Of a DNA stretch of 40,000 nt, positions 1 to 9,516 are shown piece after piece. The stretch comes from Kolpuevirus sp. 'frurule', in sequence record OQ198718.1; one strand, given 5' to 3'. The position numbers were made by a program, and so were the translations under genes. The notes below the pieces were generated by a model that saw only the letters and a program-made list of their open reading frames with translations, was not told where the DNA came from and made no database searches. Position 1 is the first letter of the stretch, and each line of letters opens with the position of its first letter.

Positions 1-118
1 ATAACAGGATAACTAACTTTTAAAGTATAAGTTTTAGATTCACTACCATCAGGCTTCTTTAACTTCTTTAAATAGTTAGTATCATCTCCTCTTGATTTAA
101 GTTCAATTACATCTTCCA

Positions 119-622
119 TCATACTACTGAATATGCAGCTAGTTCCTCGAAATCTATTATATATCTATACTTTTGGAAGAAAGAACTACCAAGTACTCCA
201 TGTAAATTAACACCAAAGTCACTCTTAAGATTAGAGAATGCAGCGTCTAAGTCCATAACATAGAACTCTTCACTATATGTCTTATCTCTATAAGTAATAT
301 CAATAGATGTTTTATCTACTTCCTTCCTATTACCATCAGAACCATAGATGGTGTTCCTTACTCCAGTAGGACTATGTTTAATATCATTAGTTACTGATTT
401 GTTGATTATAGAATCACTGGCACCTGTGTCCAATAAGAAGTTTAACTTCTTTTCTCCACACTTGAAAGTTACAATAGGAATGTCAGTTAAATCTAGAGTT
501 TCTCTGAATGACATTCTATATGCCTGTGCTCTCTTTTCTTTCTTTCTATAGACATCAACAATCTTAGCAAAGAAAGTAGCTAAAATTACAAGCCCTATTA
601 CAAATAATATATTTATTATCAT
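119..622 (-). CDS. Retropepsin-like aspartic protease, N-terminally membrane anchored
   Basis: 167 aa; hydrophobic N-terminus (INILFVIGLVILATFFAKIV), catalytic-type motif FLLDTGASDSIINKS, later VLGSSFFQKYRYIIDF typical of the retropepsin-like fold. Confidence 0.75.
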   Translation of the reverse strand: MIINILFVIGLVILATFFAKIVDVYRKKEKRAQAYRMSFRETLDLTDIPIVTFKCGEKKLNFLLDTGASDSIINKSVTNDIKHSPTGVRNTIYGSDGNRKEVDKTSIDITYRDKTYSEEFYVMDLDAAFSNLKSDFGVNLHGVLGSSFFQKYRYIIDFEELAAYSVV

Positions 623-646
623 ATTCTCATCTTTATTTCTGAGTTA

Positions 647-1177
647 TTATTTAACACCAGTAGTTCCAAACCCACCTCTGTTAATACTTTCAAGTTTATC
701 TACACTCACAAGTTCAATCTTGTTACTAAACAACCATCTGAGCTTCTGCCATATAGTTGCTTTCTGACTCAATTGAATTCTAAATTGACAGATTCTCTCA
801 CCTTTATTGATAGTGGTATCTCTAAATGCAATAGCTGGAAATCTCCATTCATCTTCATCTCCACAATAGGAATTATCAATAACCGCCTGACTATTAGCAC
901 ATATTACACCTAACTTACCAGGAGTGCTACTTCTTGGTAATATAGTTGCTTCAAAACCTTTAGACAATTGCATAGCAACACCAAGCTTAATCAGTTTGAA
1001 GTCAAAGGTGACATCTCTATGACTTACTATCTCACCATCAATAGTTTCTCTCTTTCTAACACCAGCTTGTGGTGCTTTAAAGCTAACTGTTTCTGCTGCT
1101 CTTAAATCAAACCAATCACCAGAATCATGAATATAAGGGTTACACCCTTCTGTTATAAGTCTATACTTAATTTTCAT
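647..1177 (-). CDS. dut: dUTPase / dUTP pyrophosphatase family
   Basis: Motifs ATILPRSSTPGKLGVICANSQAVIDNSYCGDEDEW, INKGERICQF and C-terminal INRGGFGTTG. Confidence 0.88.
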   Translation of the reverse strand: MKIKYRLITEGCNPYIHDSGDWFDLRAAETVSFKAPQAGVRKRETIDGEIVSHRDVTFDFKLIKLGVAMQLSKGFEATILPRSSTPGKLGVICANSQAVIDNSYCGDEDEWRFPAIAFRDTTINKGERICQFRIQLSQKATIWQKLRWLFSNKIELVSVDKLESINRGGFGTTGVK

Positions 1178-1821
1178 CTTTTTTCTTTATAAAGTTTCCA
1201 AATATAACCACCAGCAGTTTTACATCTACCTTTGACACAAGATGAAATGTTACCATTTCTTACACCAGTAGCTCTTTCTGCATCCATTAGACTGTTATAT
1301 ATAGCTATAGATACATTATTAAGAGAGAACTGTTCAACTTTATGTTTCTCTTTATTATGAGAGTTACTAAGAAGATATTTTCTCCATTTAGGAAATTTCT
1401 TTCCTATTTGTAATTCACTTATCTTTTTCCTTGTGTCATCAGTTTGAATTCTTCTGTGATGTTTACTTATTAATAATTTACTCTCTTCAGAATGAGTAAA
1501 AGACACACCTAATCTACCATCACCACCATCAGTTATATTATAGGATTTACCTTGTTCCTTATAGAATTTAATTAAATCCTTTTCCATGTTCTTAGCTGTC
1601 ATTTCACCTAAGTTTGAAGCTATAATATTATGTTGAAAGTTATCCCAACCATATTTTAAGATGGCATTGGCAAAATAAGCATGATTATAATTACCATTTT
1701 TATGCTTACTAAGATAACCCTTACCACCCTTCCTCCATCTTAAGTTAACATCTCTGTTAGTAATTCCAACATATACCTTTCCTGATGGAGAGATGTGCTC
1801 ATAGACTACCCATTTACTCAT
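1174..1821 (-). CDS. GIY-YIG homing endonuclease, free-standing, with NUMOD-like C-terminus
   Basis: VVYEHISPSGKVYVGIT, GYIWKLYK C-terminal repeat; 4-nt ATGA overlap with the dUTPase start. Confidence 0.85.
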   Translation of the reverse strand: MSKWVVYEHISPSGKVYVGITNRDVNLRWRKGGKGYLSKHKNGNYNHAYFANAILKYGWDNFQHNIIASNLGEMTAKNMEKDLIKFYKEQGKSYNITDGGDGRLGVSFTHSEESKLLISKHHRRIQTDDTRKKISELQIGKKFPKWRKYLLSNSHNKEKHKVEQFSLNNVSIAIYNSLMDAERATGVRNGNISSCVKGRCKTAGGYIWKLYKEKR

Positions 1822-1839
1822 AACTTTATCTGTTAGTAG

Positions 1840-1917
1840 TTAACTATAAATCCAGTCACCCTTCTCTATAATGAAAGGCAAACATCCTGCTGTTATTCCT
1901 TTTACTTTAATTTTCAT
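1840..1917 (-). pseudogene. dUTPase N-terminal fragment (25 codons plus stop)
   Basis: Manual translation MKIKVKGITAGCLPFIIEKGDWIYS* aligns with the intact dUTPase start MKIKYRLITEGCNPYIHDSGDWFDL; ATG overlaps the preceding ORF stop in an ATGA arrangement. Confidence 0.55.
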
Positions 1918-2180
1918 AATGTTTTCAATAAATCTTCTTTAGTTTCAAATACATACTTTTCATCAAACCTAACCATACCATCAATGGATGATATATCACT
2001 TGAATAGTAAACACGTTCACCTTGATACACATCAATAGAATAATACACTCCCATGATTTTTATGGGAACTGCCCTGTTATTGTGCATAACAAAGGCAGAA
2101 TCTCCCATACTATATTTAGTTTCAATCTTCATACTATAAACATTTACTATAACCACAGTCCTTGCAGTGAATACAACCAC
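1914..2180 (-). CDS. Hypothetical protein
   Basis: 88 aa ORF on the coding strand, overlaps the 3' end of the ribonucleotide reductase gene. Confidence 0.5.
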   Translation of the reverse strand: MVVFTARTVVIVNVYSMKIETKYSMGDSAFVMHNNRAVPIKIMGVYYSIDVYQGERVYYSSDISSIDGMVRFDEKYVFETKEDLLKTL

Positions 2181-4707
2181 CTTCTCTTACTAAAGTTCCT
2201 CCACAATCAGGACATACTTCACCTTTAATCTCTTCATTAGAGATATATTTAGCAAGTATTCTACACATAGCTGAACTAAATGAACTAATATTGTCATTGA
2301 CTTTTCTTGCAGTCTTTATAATATAGTTAATATCTACACCATGCCTCAACAACATTGAAGAGTATAATGTAGCTGCATTCTCCTCAATATTAGTATTAGC
2401 TAACTCAAGGTTAGATATATTAATATGCTCAGAGTCAAAACTATAGTGCATCTTACTTACTTTAGTAATAGTGCCTTTGTGTGATGGAATGTTAACAGGA
2501 TTAAGAGGTCTGAATGCAAACACTTCATAAGGTTTATCTTCAAGAAGTCCCACAAGAACAATGAATTGTTCCTTCTTAACTTTAACTTGATAATAGTCAG
2601 CTTCAAGAACTTTAGGTCTCTTAGGAGCTTGTCTTCCCTCAATAGTCTTAGGTTTCTCAACCTGAGTCAATACACCTTCCCTACATCCATCTCTGTATAT
2701 AGTGATACCCTTCAATCCCTGTTTCCATGCTTCAATATAGATGTCAGCAATCTCTTCTTCTGTAGTTTCCTTAGCCAGATTAACTGTACTACTGATACTA
2801 TGGGTAATATATTTCTGAACTACTCCTTGCAGCTTGACTCTCTGTCTCCAATCAATCTCTGGTGCAGTAGAACCATAGTAAGGACTTTCCTTCCAAACTT
2901 CCTCCCATATTCCCAAGCTCCATTCATTAACTTCTGACTCACTATAGTTCATAGTATAGTTCATAGTTTCTATTGCCCATCTCTTCAAGTTAGGATGAAC
3001 TACTGTAAACAAAGTGTATTTCTCACCTACTTTATCTACATAATCTACCCTATCACTTTCAGACATACACTTCCTCTTTCTTTGGTAGAAAGGCAGAAAT
3101 ATAGGCTCAATACCACTACTTGTACCAGCCATGATACTTACAGTTCCAGTAGGAGCTACAGTAGACCAACTTATATTTCTTCTACCATATTTTTCCATCC
3201 TTTCAGATTCTCTTGGGAAATTATAGCAAAGAGCATCATACCATTCATTCTCAGGATGGGAGTAAACTCCTTCTCTATCACTGAACACCTCATAATAAGG
3301 GTTTAGTTCCTTTGAAATATTACAAGCAGGGAATTTACCTCTCTCAATAGCCATATCAATATTACTATCAAGCTGACCTTTGAACATAACTTTCATTAAT
3401 TGTTCAACCTGACTAATACCTTCATCAGAGTCATATTTCAAGCCTAACATAGCTATTGCATCAGCAAGACCAGTGAATCCAAGACCAGCTCTTCTCCCTT
3501 GAATTGCAGTCTCCTTGATTCTACTCCATAGCTTGAACTCAGTATCATCAGTATCATTCTTCACTGTATCAATAATCTTATCAACAGCTTCAATCTCCAA
3601 ATCAACTAAGTCATCAGCTAATCTCATAGCTTCATAAGAGTGCATATAGAGTAACTCTTCATCAATGTGAGCCTTATCTGTAAATGGGTCTACAACATAA
3701 CTACTTAAGTTAATATGAATCAATCTACAGCTATCAAATGGACCCATTGGTATCTCTCCACATGGATTTGTCCCAATCATCTTAAAGTCAGGATATACAC
3801 CATCAGGAGAATAGTTGTGCATTGCTCCTTCAAACATAATCCCTGGTTCAGCAGTATTCCAAGCACAGTGCATGAGAGTATTCCATAACTCTCTTGCTCT
3901 TACTTTCTTTACATACTTAAGGTCAGAATATTCACATTTCTTTATTTCATTATATTGAAGATTCTTAAATCTGAATTCTGTTGAATCTACTGAACAGTCT
4001 ACAGGATACCTAAGAATATAATCCGTATCTTCTACTACTGCCTGCATAAACTCATCAGTAACCTTGACTGATATATTAGCTCCAGTTACTTTGGTTAAGT
4101 CCTGCTTCTTAGTTATAAACTCCTCAATATCAGGATGATTGATACTCATACTTAACATAAGAGCACCTCTCCTTCCATTCTGAGCAACTTCATTAGTAAT
4201 ATCAGAACATACATCCATGAAAGATGCTGCACCAGTTGAAGACCTTGCTGCATTATTAACCTTAGCTCCTCTTGGTCTAAGCTGAGATAAGTCATAACCA
4301 ACTCCACCCCTTCTCTTCATAAGTTGAGCCTGCTGGCTTCTTGTCTTCATTATCTCTGCATAACTGTCCTTTGGACTGCCTATTACAAAGCAATTACTAA
4401 GACTTACCAATGCTCCAGTTCCACAACCAGACATAACTGAACCTCCAAGTATAATATACTTGAAGTCCTTGAATAACTGATAGATAGCCTCTTCATCAAG
4501 TTGTGGTCTAACATAGCCATAGTTTGATAAATTACTAAAAGCCCTATCTATATTACTCTTCCAGTTATAATTACTCTCTACTCTTGCAAATTCCTTAGCT
4601 AACCTTTTGTGTGTATCATCAGGAGTTTGTTCTCCTTCTGCTGCATACTTATTCCTCCAAGTTGAGGCTGCAAGTTCATCACCTTTAAAATATTCTAACT
4701 CTGTCAT
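2134..4707 (-). CDS. nrdJ: Adenosylcobalamin-dependent (class II) ribonucleotide reductase
   Basis: 857 aa; GTNPCGEIPMGPFDSC, PTGTVSIMAGTSSGIEPIF, C-terminal Zn-ribbon CPDCGGTLVREGGCIHCKDCG, N-terminal FKGDELAASTW. Confidence 0.92.
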   Translation of the reverse strand: MTELEYFKGDELAASTWRNKYAAEGEQTPDDTHKRLAKEFARVESNYNWKSNIDRAFSNLSNYGYVRPQLDEEAIYQLFKDFKYIILGGSVMSGCGTGALVSLSNCFVIGSPKDSYAEIMKTRSQQAQLMKRRGGVGYDLSQLRPRGAKVNNAARSSTGAASFMDVCSDITNEVAQNGRRGALMLSMSINHPDIEEFITKKQDLTKVTGANISVKVTDEFMQAVVEDTDYILRYPVDCSVDSTEFRFKNLQYNEIKKCEYSDLKYVKKVRARELWNTLMHCAWNTAEPGIMFEGAMHNYSPDGVYPDFKMIGTNPCGEIPMGPFDSCRLIHINLSSYVVDPFTDKAHIDEELLYMHSYEAMRLADDLVDLEIEAVDKIIDTVKNDTDDTEFKLWSRIKETAIQGRRAGLGFTGLADAIAMLGLKYDSDEGISQVEQLMKVMFKGQLDSNIDMAIERGKFPACNISKELNPYYEVFSDREGVYSHPENEWYDALCYNFPRESERMEKYGRRNISWSTVAPTGTVSIMAGTSSGIEPIFLPFYQRKRKCMSESDRVDYVDKVGEKYTLFTVVHPNLKRWAIETMNYTMNYSESEVNEWSLGIWEEVWKESPYYGSTAPEIDWRQRVKLQGVVQKYITHSISSTVNLAKETTEEEIADIYIEAWKQGLKGITIYRDGCREGVLTQVEKPKTIEGRQAPKRPKVLEADYYQVKVKKEQFIVLVGLLEDKPYEVFAFRPLNPVNIPSHKGTITKVSKMHYSFDSEHINISNLELANTNIEENAATLYSSMLLRHGVDINYIIKTARKVNDNISSFSSAMCRILAKYISNEEIKGEVCPDCGGTLVREGGCIHCKDCGYSKCL

Positions 4708-5756
4708 GCTGGTTGTAAATTATCTATTTTCATAATACCTTTTCTTTCTTTAGCCTCTTTAGTATATTTACTTGAAGGTTCATTTAGATAATAGTCTAAT
4801 TCCTCTAAGAGCTTTCTCCAATTTCTATAGATATTACCTTCATTATCCTTTAAGTCAACTTCACTAAAGTTACCATAGTATCTCCATACAAGTGGAGCTA
4901 ATGTATATCTGTTAATGACTATAAAACTATAATGAGCTATCTTGAAGTCCTTGAAGTACTCATCTTCACTAATAACTTGTTGAAGTATATATGTATAAAG
5001 CTGAGCTTGTATCATATATCTCCATGTAACAAATGATTGCTCAAAGTCTTCTTCTGCATGACCACTAGTTTTTAAGTCTATAGGATATATAACCTTCTCT
5101 TCATGGTCAACTATTAACTCATCAAACATACATCTAACAGATATTCCATTATATTTAGCCCTAAACTTTAACTGGAATACCTTCTCAAATCTAGTATCAA
5201 ATGGATTAACATAGAAGAAGTACTTAGTGTAAGGGTTATTCTTCAATTCATTAACACAAGCAACAGTATCATTATAATCTTTCTGAGATAATATCTCTTT
5301 ATCTGCTGATATAGCTAACAATTTGTAGTAATCATTACACTTACTTTTTATAGTTCTTAGTTTAGCTTCTGCACCCCAAGTTGGTTGATAACTAATAGTA
5401 TGAGCTATTATATCATCATCAGGTATTAACTCAATACTTCTATATTGACTTCCATAACTTTCAAACAAGTCTCTAGCTATTCCTATAAGTGCTTCTGATA
5501 ATGAAGGAAACTCACATACAGTAAATCTCTCTTTAAAAGCATCAATTCCATCAGTTAACATAGTATCAACTGCTGAACCAAATCTTAATGCAGGACTTTC
5601 TACTTTATCAAAGAGACTACCTAATTTTCTGAATCCTTCTCTATCATACTTACTTAAGGTAGAATAGCTAAAGGCTGGGTCTGCTCTATAGGTAGGTTCA
5701 TCTACTTTCCATGAAATGTCAACAATACTCTTCCTCATAATTATCAAATTCATCAT
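4704..5756 (-). CDS. PD-(D/E)XK nuclease, RecB/exonuclease-like
   Basis: LRFGSAVDTMLTDG; MFDELIVDHEEKVIYPIDLKTSG (D...DxK); QAQLYTYIL; overlaps nrdJ by 4 nt. Confidence 0.72.
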   Translation of the reverse strand: MMNLIIMRKSIVDISWKVDEPTYRADPAFSYSTLSKYDREGFRKLGSLFDKVESPALRFGSAVDTMLTDGIDAFKERFTVCEFPSLSEALIGIARDLFESYGSQYRSIELIPDDDIIAHTISYQPTWGAEAKLRTIKSKCNDYYKLLAISADKEILSQKDYNDTVACVNELKNNPYTKYFFYVNPFDTRFEKVFQLKFRAKYNGISVRCMFDELIVDHEEKVIYPIDLKTSGHAEEDFEQSFVTWRYMIQAQLYTYILQQVISEDEYFKDFKIAHYSFIVINRYTLAPLVWRYYGNFSEVDLKDNEGNIYRNWRKLLEELDYYLNEPSSKYTKEAKERKGIMKIDNLQPA

Positions 5757-6012
5757 CTTGTTCAGGCAGTTGTAGTTGGTCTACATAATCATCTACTTCT
5801 GTCTTTAGTTTTTCCATTTCATCCACATCTAAACTAAGATACTCTTCCTTAGGATTGTTACTACTAATGTTTCTTTTAGTCTTAACAATAGCTGAATCAA
5901 CTAACTCTTGCAGTGACTCAAAATCTCTTGAATCAATGAAAGTATGAGCTAATGCAATATCACCTTTTGGCAGGTACTGAGTTAATCTTTTTATTCTCTC
6001 CACTGGTTCCAT
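5719..6012 (-). CDS. Hypothetical acidic protein
   Basis: 97 aa ORF in a tightly packed operon. Confidence 0.6.
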   Translation of the reverse strand: MEPVERIKRLTQYLPKGDIALAHTFIDSRDFESLQELVDSAIVKTKRNISSNNPKEEYLSLDVDEMEKLKTEVDDYVDQLQLPEQDDEFDNYEEEYC

Positions 6013-6454
6013 AACCTTTAATTATTTCTATAGCCTCTAGAAGCTGTTTCTTAGTAAAGATTTCAAAATACATAGACTTCTGTCCAGTCTCCCTATACAA
6101 ATCTTCAAGATATGCTCTGAATAACTTCTTTTTTATATAGAATACATCATTCTCCATACCTTTAGCCTCTATAATAATAACTACATTATTATACAGAAAC
6201 ACAAAGTCAGGAGTATGCTTTATATCTATCATCTTCTTAAGATTTAATTTAAGAAGTTTAGTCTTCTTATCTTTATCATAGAAAGGTACTGTAGGTCTAA
6301 ACCCTCTCCACAAGGTGTAAGTAGTTGGTTCATAGATAGGGTTAAATCCTGATTCTTTAAGAGTCTTGTAAATCATCACTTCAAGTTCTGACTTGAATTT
6401 AATCCCATCAAACTCTTTCCTAGAGGCATTAAGTATCTTCTTATTTTCTCCCAC
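5960..6454 (-). CDS. Putative small PD-(D/E)XK endonuclease
   Basis: FKSELEVMIYKTLKESGFNPIYEPTTYTL... TPDFVFLYNNVVIIIEAKG (D...ExK). Confidence 0.6.
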   Translation of the reverse strand: MGENKKILNASRKEFDGIKFKSELEVMIYKTLKESGFNPIYEPTTYTLWRGFRPTVPFYDKDKKTKLLKLNLKKMIDIKHTPDFVFLYNNVVIIIEAKGMENDVFYIKKKLFRAYLEDLYRETGQKSMYFEIFTKKQLLEAIEIIKGYGTSGENKKINSVPAKR

Positions 6455-7007
6455 CTTTACTAAATGCTGCTAACATAAAGTCTTTCAGTACTTTCTTCGC
6501 AGTGACAGCATCTTGAATATTTCTAAATGCAGCAAAGTTTCTGAAATTCTTTATCTTGTGAATATCTTTAACCTCTACAATCTCACCTTTAGCCATATCT
6601 ATAGTATAGATTTTCTCACTATTCTCAATATGGTCTGGATATTGTCTGTCAAGAATTACAGCTACTTCTCTCAATAAGATTGCAAGTACTGCACCTTCAT
6701 TAATGTAAGCAAGGTTATCAAGGTATTTAAACACATTATCAACCTTCCACTTCAGTCTTTTTGCAATAGACATGATGATAGTCTCAAAAGTAATATCATC
6801 TACTGAAGGATGAACAGGTTCCTTATAATTAATGACTTCTTCTTTAACTTCCTTAATAAAACCTTCTGAGAGAAGCTTAGTTATAGCACGTTCATTGATG
6901 CAATCAAAGAAGAATATATCTCCAGACTTGCATACTATTGCTCCACCAAATTTATCACCTTCACATACAGAATCACCTGTACCTACAAATACATACTTTT
7001 TCTTCAT
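6441..7007 (-). CDS. Hypothetical protein
   Basis: 188 aa ORF, operonic overlap with neighbour. Confidence 0.65.
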   Translation of the reverse strand: MKKKYVFVGTGDSVCEGDKFGGAIVCKSGDIFFFDCINERAITKLLSEGFIKEVKEEVINYKEPVHPSVDDITFETIIMSIAKRLKWKVDNVFKYLDNLAYINEGAVLAILLREVAVILDRQYPDHIENSEKIYTIDMAKGEIVEVKDIHKIKNFRNFAAFRNIQDAVTAKKVLKDFMLAAFSKGGRK

Positions 7008-7023
7008 AATACTTATTATTTAA

Positions 7024-7695
7024 TTAATACTCTTGGAACCATACTATTGGTTCACCATACTTATCTTTAGTTAATTTACTAATAGTTTTAAAGACTGTAG
7101 AAGGCATTCTACTACCAATTCTAGCATAATAAGCTGGATGCTTTTCTTCTAGAATGATATTAGATTTACTATTAATATAAGGTACAAATGTCCTAGCTTG
7201 TTCACCAAACAGGACATAAATAATACCTGTATTCCACTCTGATAAATTCTTTAATAACTTAGTCATAAATGGTCTCCATAACATAGTATGACTACCTACT
7301 TTATTCATTTCTACAGTTAATGCAGAGTTTATCATAAGAATTCCTTGATTAGCCCAGCTCTCTAAAGTCTGGTCAAAGATAATACTATTATGTGGAATTT
7401 CAAAATCAATAGCTGCCTCCTTAACAATCTTTAGTGAGGGAGATAAGTCTTCTTCACTTACCTCCTTCTTATTACCAAACAAAACACCTGTTGCTACATC
7501 TTTCTGAGGATAGGGGTCCTGTCCTATCATAACTACCTTCAAGTTATTATATGAACATAATGTAAATGCTTTAAATACATCAGGTATATTAGGACATATA
7601 GGCTTCCTTATATTGCCTATAGTCTTAGTAACCTTATCTAATTCATTAACATCTATAACCCTAATCCAATCACCAAAGTATTCACCTAGTGTCAT
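7024..7695 (-). CDS. ung: Uracil-DNA glycosylase, family 1-like
   Basis: VVMIGQDPYPQKDVATGVLFG and LEEKHPAYYAR motifs, ILMINSALTV. Confidence 0.88.
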   Translation of the reverse strand: MTLGEYFGDWIRVIDVNELDKVTKTIGNIRKPICPNIPDVFKAFTLCSYNNLKVVMIGQDPYPQKDVATGVLFGNKKEVSEEDLSPSLKIVKEAAIDFEIPHNSIIFDQTLESWANQGILMINSALTVEMNKVGSHTMLWRPFMTKLLKNLSEWNTGIIYVLFGEQARTFVPYINSKSNIILEEKHPAYYARIGSRMPSTVFKTISKLTKDKYGEPIVWFQEY

Positions 7696-8495
7696 ACCAA
7701 CTTAATTTGATCTGCAACTTCAGAAGCTCTAACACTCAACATGTTATTTATATCCTCATCAGTATAATCACTACTAAATGTAGGAGTTCTTACAAACCTA
7801 CTAATATCATCAATAATGACTGTAGTTCTTATAGAATTACAAGCATCAAAACATCTTATATTTTGACTATATGGTTTTCTAAACTCTGATGATAACATAA
7901 AAGGCATTATTTTATTCATAATCGCTTTACACACTACATCACTTTCACTTCTAACAACATCAGAATGAATATACAGTCTAACCTCATCATAAGTAAAACC
8001 TTTTACAGTACCAAAAAATGAATCACCTGGTTGATCATGAAGTAAATACCTACCAACAAGAGTACAAAGCATAAGAAGTTTTCCATCATTATCAAATATA
8101 CAGCCTCTACTTCCAATATAAGTTGTGTCTTTGATAGTAACTCTAGACAATCCTGATTCTGGTGATTCAGCAAATACCTTTGATATAAAGCTATCAGCAG
8201 TTCTTACAGCAGGATTGTAATCTCTAATATAAATTGGAAATACTACTTCTTTCTTTATATGAGTTATTACATTATATACAATACTACTACTAATAACCTC
8301 TTCAACATGTCCTCTCATAACTACAGGAACTATTATCTCAGGGCCAGTTATATCAGCTATAAAGAACTTTGAAAAGACATTATTTCTTTCCCAGTTTATA
8401 TTTGGACCATAGCCTATAGGACTATACTGATGGTGGCTATATGCAGAACTTAGAAAGTTTATAGCATCTTTTAATCTTGAACCTACTCTTGCCAT
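7692..8495 (-). CDS. Unknown protein downstream of the E1-like gene
   Basis: 267 aa; no motif recognised; between ThiF-like gene and ung, 4-nt overlap with ung. Confidence 0.65.
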   Translation of the reverse strand: MARVGSRLKDAINFLSSAYSHHQYSPIGYGPNINWERNNVFSKFFIADITGPEIIVPVVMRGHVEEVISSSIVYNVITHIKKEVVFPIYIRDYNPAVRTADSFISKVFAESPESGLSRVTIKDTTYIGSRGCIFDNDGKLLMLCTLVGRYLLHDQPGDSFFGTVKGFTYDEVRLYIHSDVVRSESDVVCKAIMNKIMPFMLSSEFRKPYSQNIRCFDACNSIRTTVIIDDISRFVRTPTFSSDYTDEDINNMLSVRASEVADQIKLV

Positions 8496-8497
8496 AA

Positions 8498-9514
8498 TTA
8501 CATCTCTACTTTAAAATACATAGTACTTGCATCATAGGTAGTTAAGAAAGGAACATCTCTTGGAAATACTGGATCACATTCATTAGCTACAAAGTTCACA
8601 AATAGATTAACCATTACAGAACCAATCATATTAGCCATGAAGGTAGTTTGTTTATAACTACATAAAGTCTCTTCAGCTTCAGAGTCATCAAACAACCATT
8701 CTTCCTCATAGATTCTCATTGCTCTTTCATCATCACCTTTAATTGCAAACACTTGAAACTCTTCTGCTGCAAGTCTCCCATCAATGAATAAGCATTCATC
8801 CTTGTTATCTGAACACCTAACATGAGCTTTCCATACTCTATAGAACGTCTTTCTAGCTTCCATGTTATCAAACCCACATATCATTATATCCCTAGCTGGA
8901 GTTTCATCAGTAATTCTCTCTCTTAAAGCATTTACATTATAGAAGTTTGAAAACCTCTTCATTGTGTTATATATGGCATTGACCTTATATTCTCCTATAT
9001 TCTCCATGCAATATAATTGACCAGACATATTAGTTGATTCCACTATATCATCATCATACATTATTATTTTAAATGGATGCATTCTTGATAATAAGAAGGC
9101 AACATAACTACCAATACCTCCTAATCCAGCTAACAATATAATCTTTGTTCTAATCTTGTCATACCATGAGGCACCACTAAATCTACTGGTAACATCTTCT
9201 ACTAGAAGAGTAGAAGAGTTAATAGGGATTTCATTATTCTGAGATTCAAGAGCTGCTGCTAGAAGTGCTTCTTCTTCTGAGGTTAATTCCACATGAGATT
9301 CTTCAACTAAAATAGGAATGTCATCAGTAAATACTTGGTTAACCTCCTCTTCTACAGGTTCACTAGTTTGCTCCTCAGATACATTAGTTATTCTAATAAT
9401 ATCATTAAGCACCTCTGCTGCTTGAGCTTCAGGGGTTTGATTATAAAATCTATCCATTTCAAGTGTAAAACTTGTTCCTGCTTCTATAAGTTGTTCATTA
9501 TTATCCATATCCAT
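8498..9514 (-). CDS. ThiF/HesA/MoeB-like (E1-like) adenylyltransferase
   Basis: IRTKIILLAGLGGIGSYVAFLLSRMHPFKIIMYDDDIVESTNMSGQLYCMENIGEYKVNAI nucleotide-binding Rossmann motif; later FDNMEARK and ETLCSYKQTTFMANMIGS. Confidence 0.85.
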   Translation of the reverse strand: MDMDNNEQLIEAGTSFTLEMDRFYNQTPEAQAAEVLNDIIRITNVSEEQTSEPVEEEVNQVFTDDIPILVEESHVELTSEEEALLAAALESQNNEIPINSSTLLVEDVTSRFSGASWYDKIRTKIILLAGLGGIGSYVAFLLSRMHPFKIIMYDDDIVESTNMSGQLYCMENIGEYKVNAIYNTMKRFSNFYNVNALRERITDETPARDIMICGFDNMEARKTFYRVWKAHVRCSDNKDECLFIDGRLAAEEFQVFAIKGDDERAMRIYEEEWLFDDSEAEETLCSYKQTTFMANMIGSVMVNLFVNFVANECDPVFPRDVPFLTTYDASTMYFKVEM

Positions 9515-9516
9515 AA

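Noticed and set aside
1174-1917. Group I intron in the dUTPase gene
   Set aside because: Only about 18 nt separate the dUTPase fragment from the GIY-YIG ORF and the endonuclease stop overlaps the intact dUTPase start, leaving no room for an intron core; a free-standing endonuclease is more consistent.
2566-3306. Long + strand ORFs (2566..2937, 2995..3306) inside the ribonucleotide reductase gene
   Set aside because: Antisense to a clearly recognisable enzyme, low-complexity Leu/Ser/Phe-rich translation, no recognisable motif; the same applies to other + ORFs between 0 and 34 kb such as 13898..14464 and 27718..28029.
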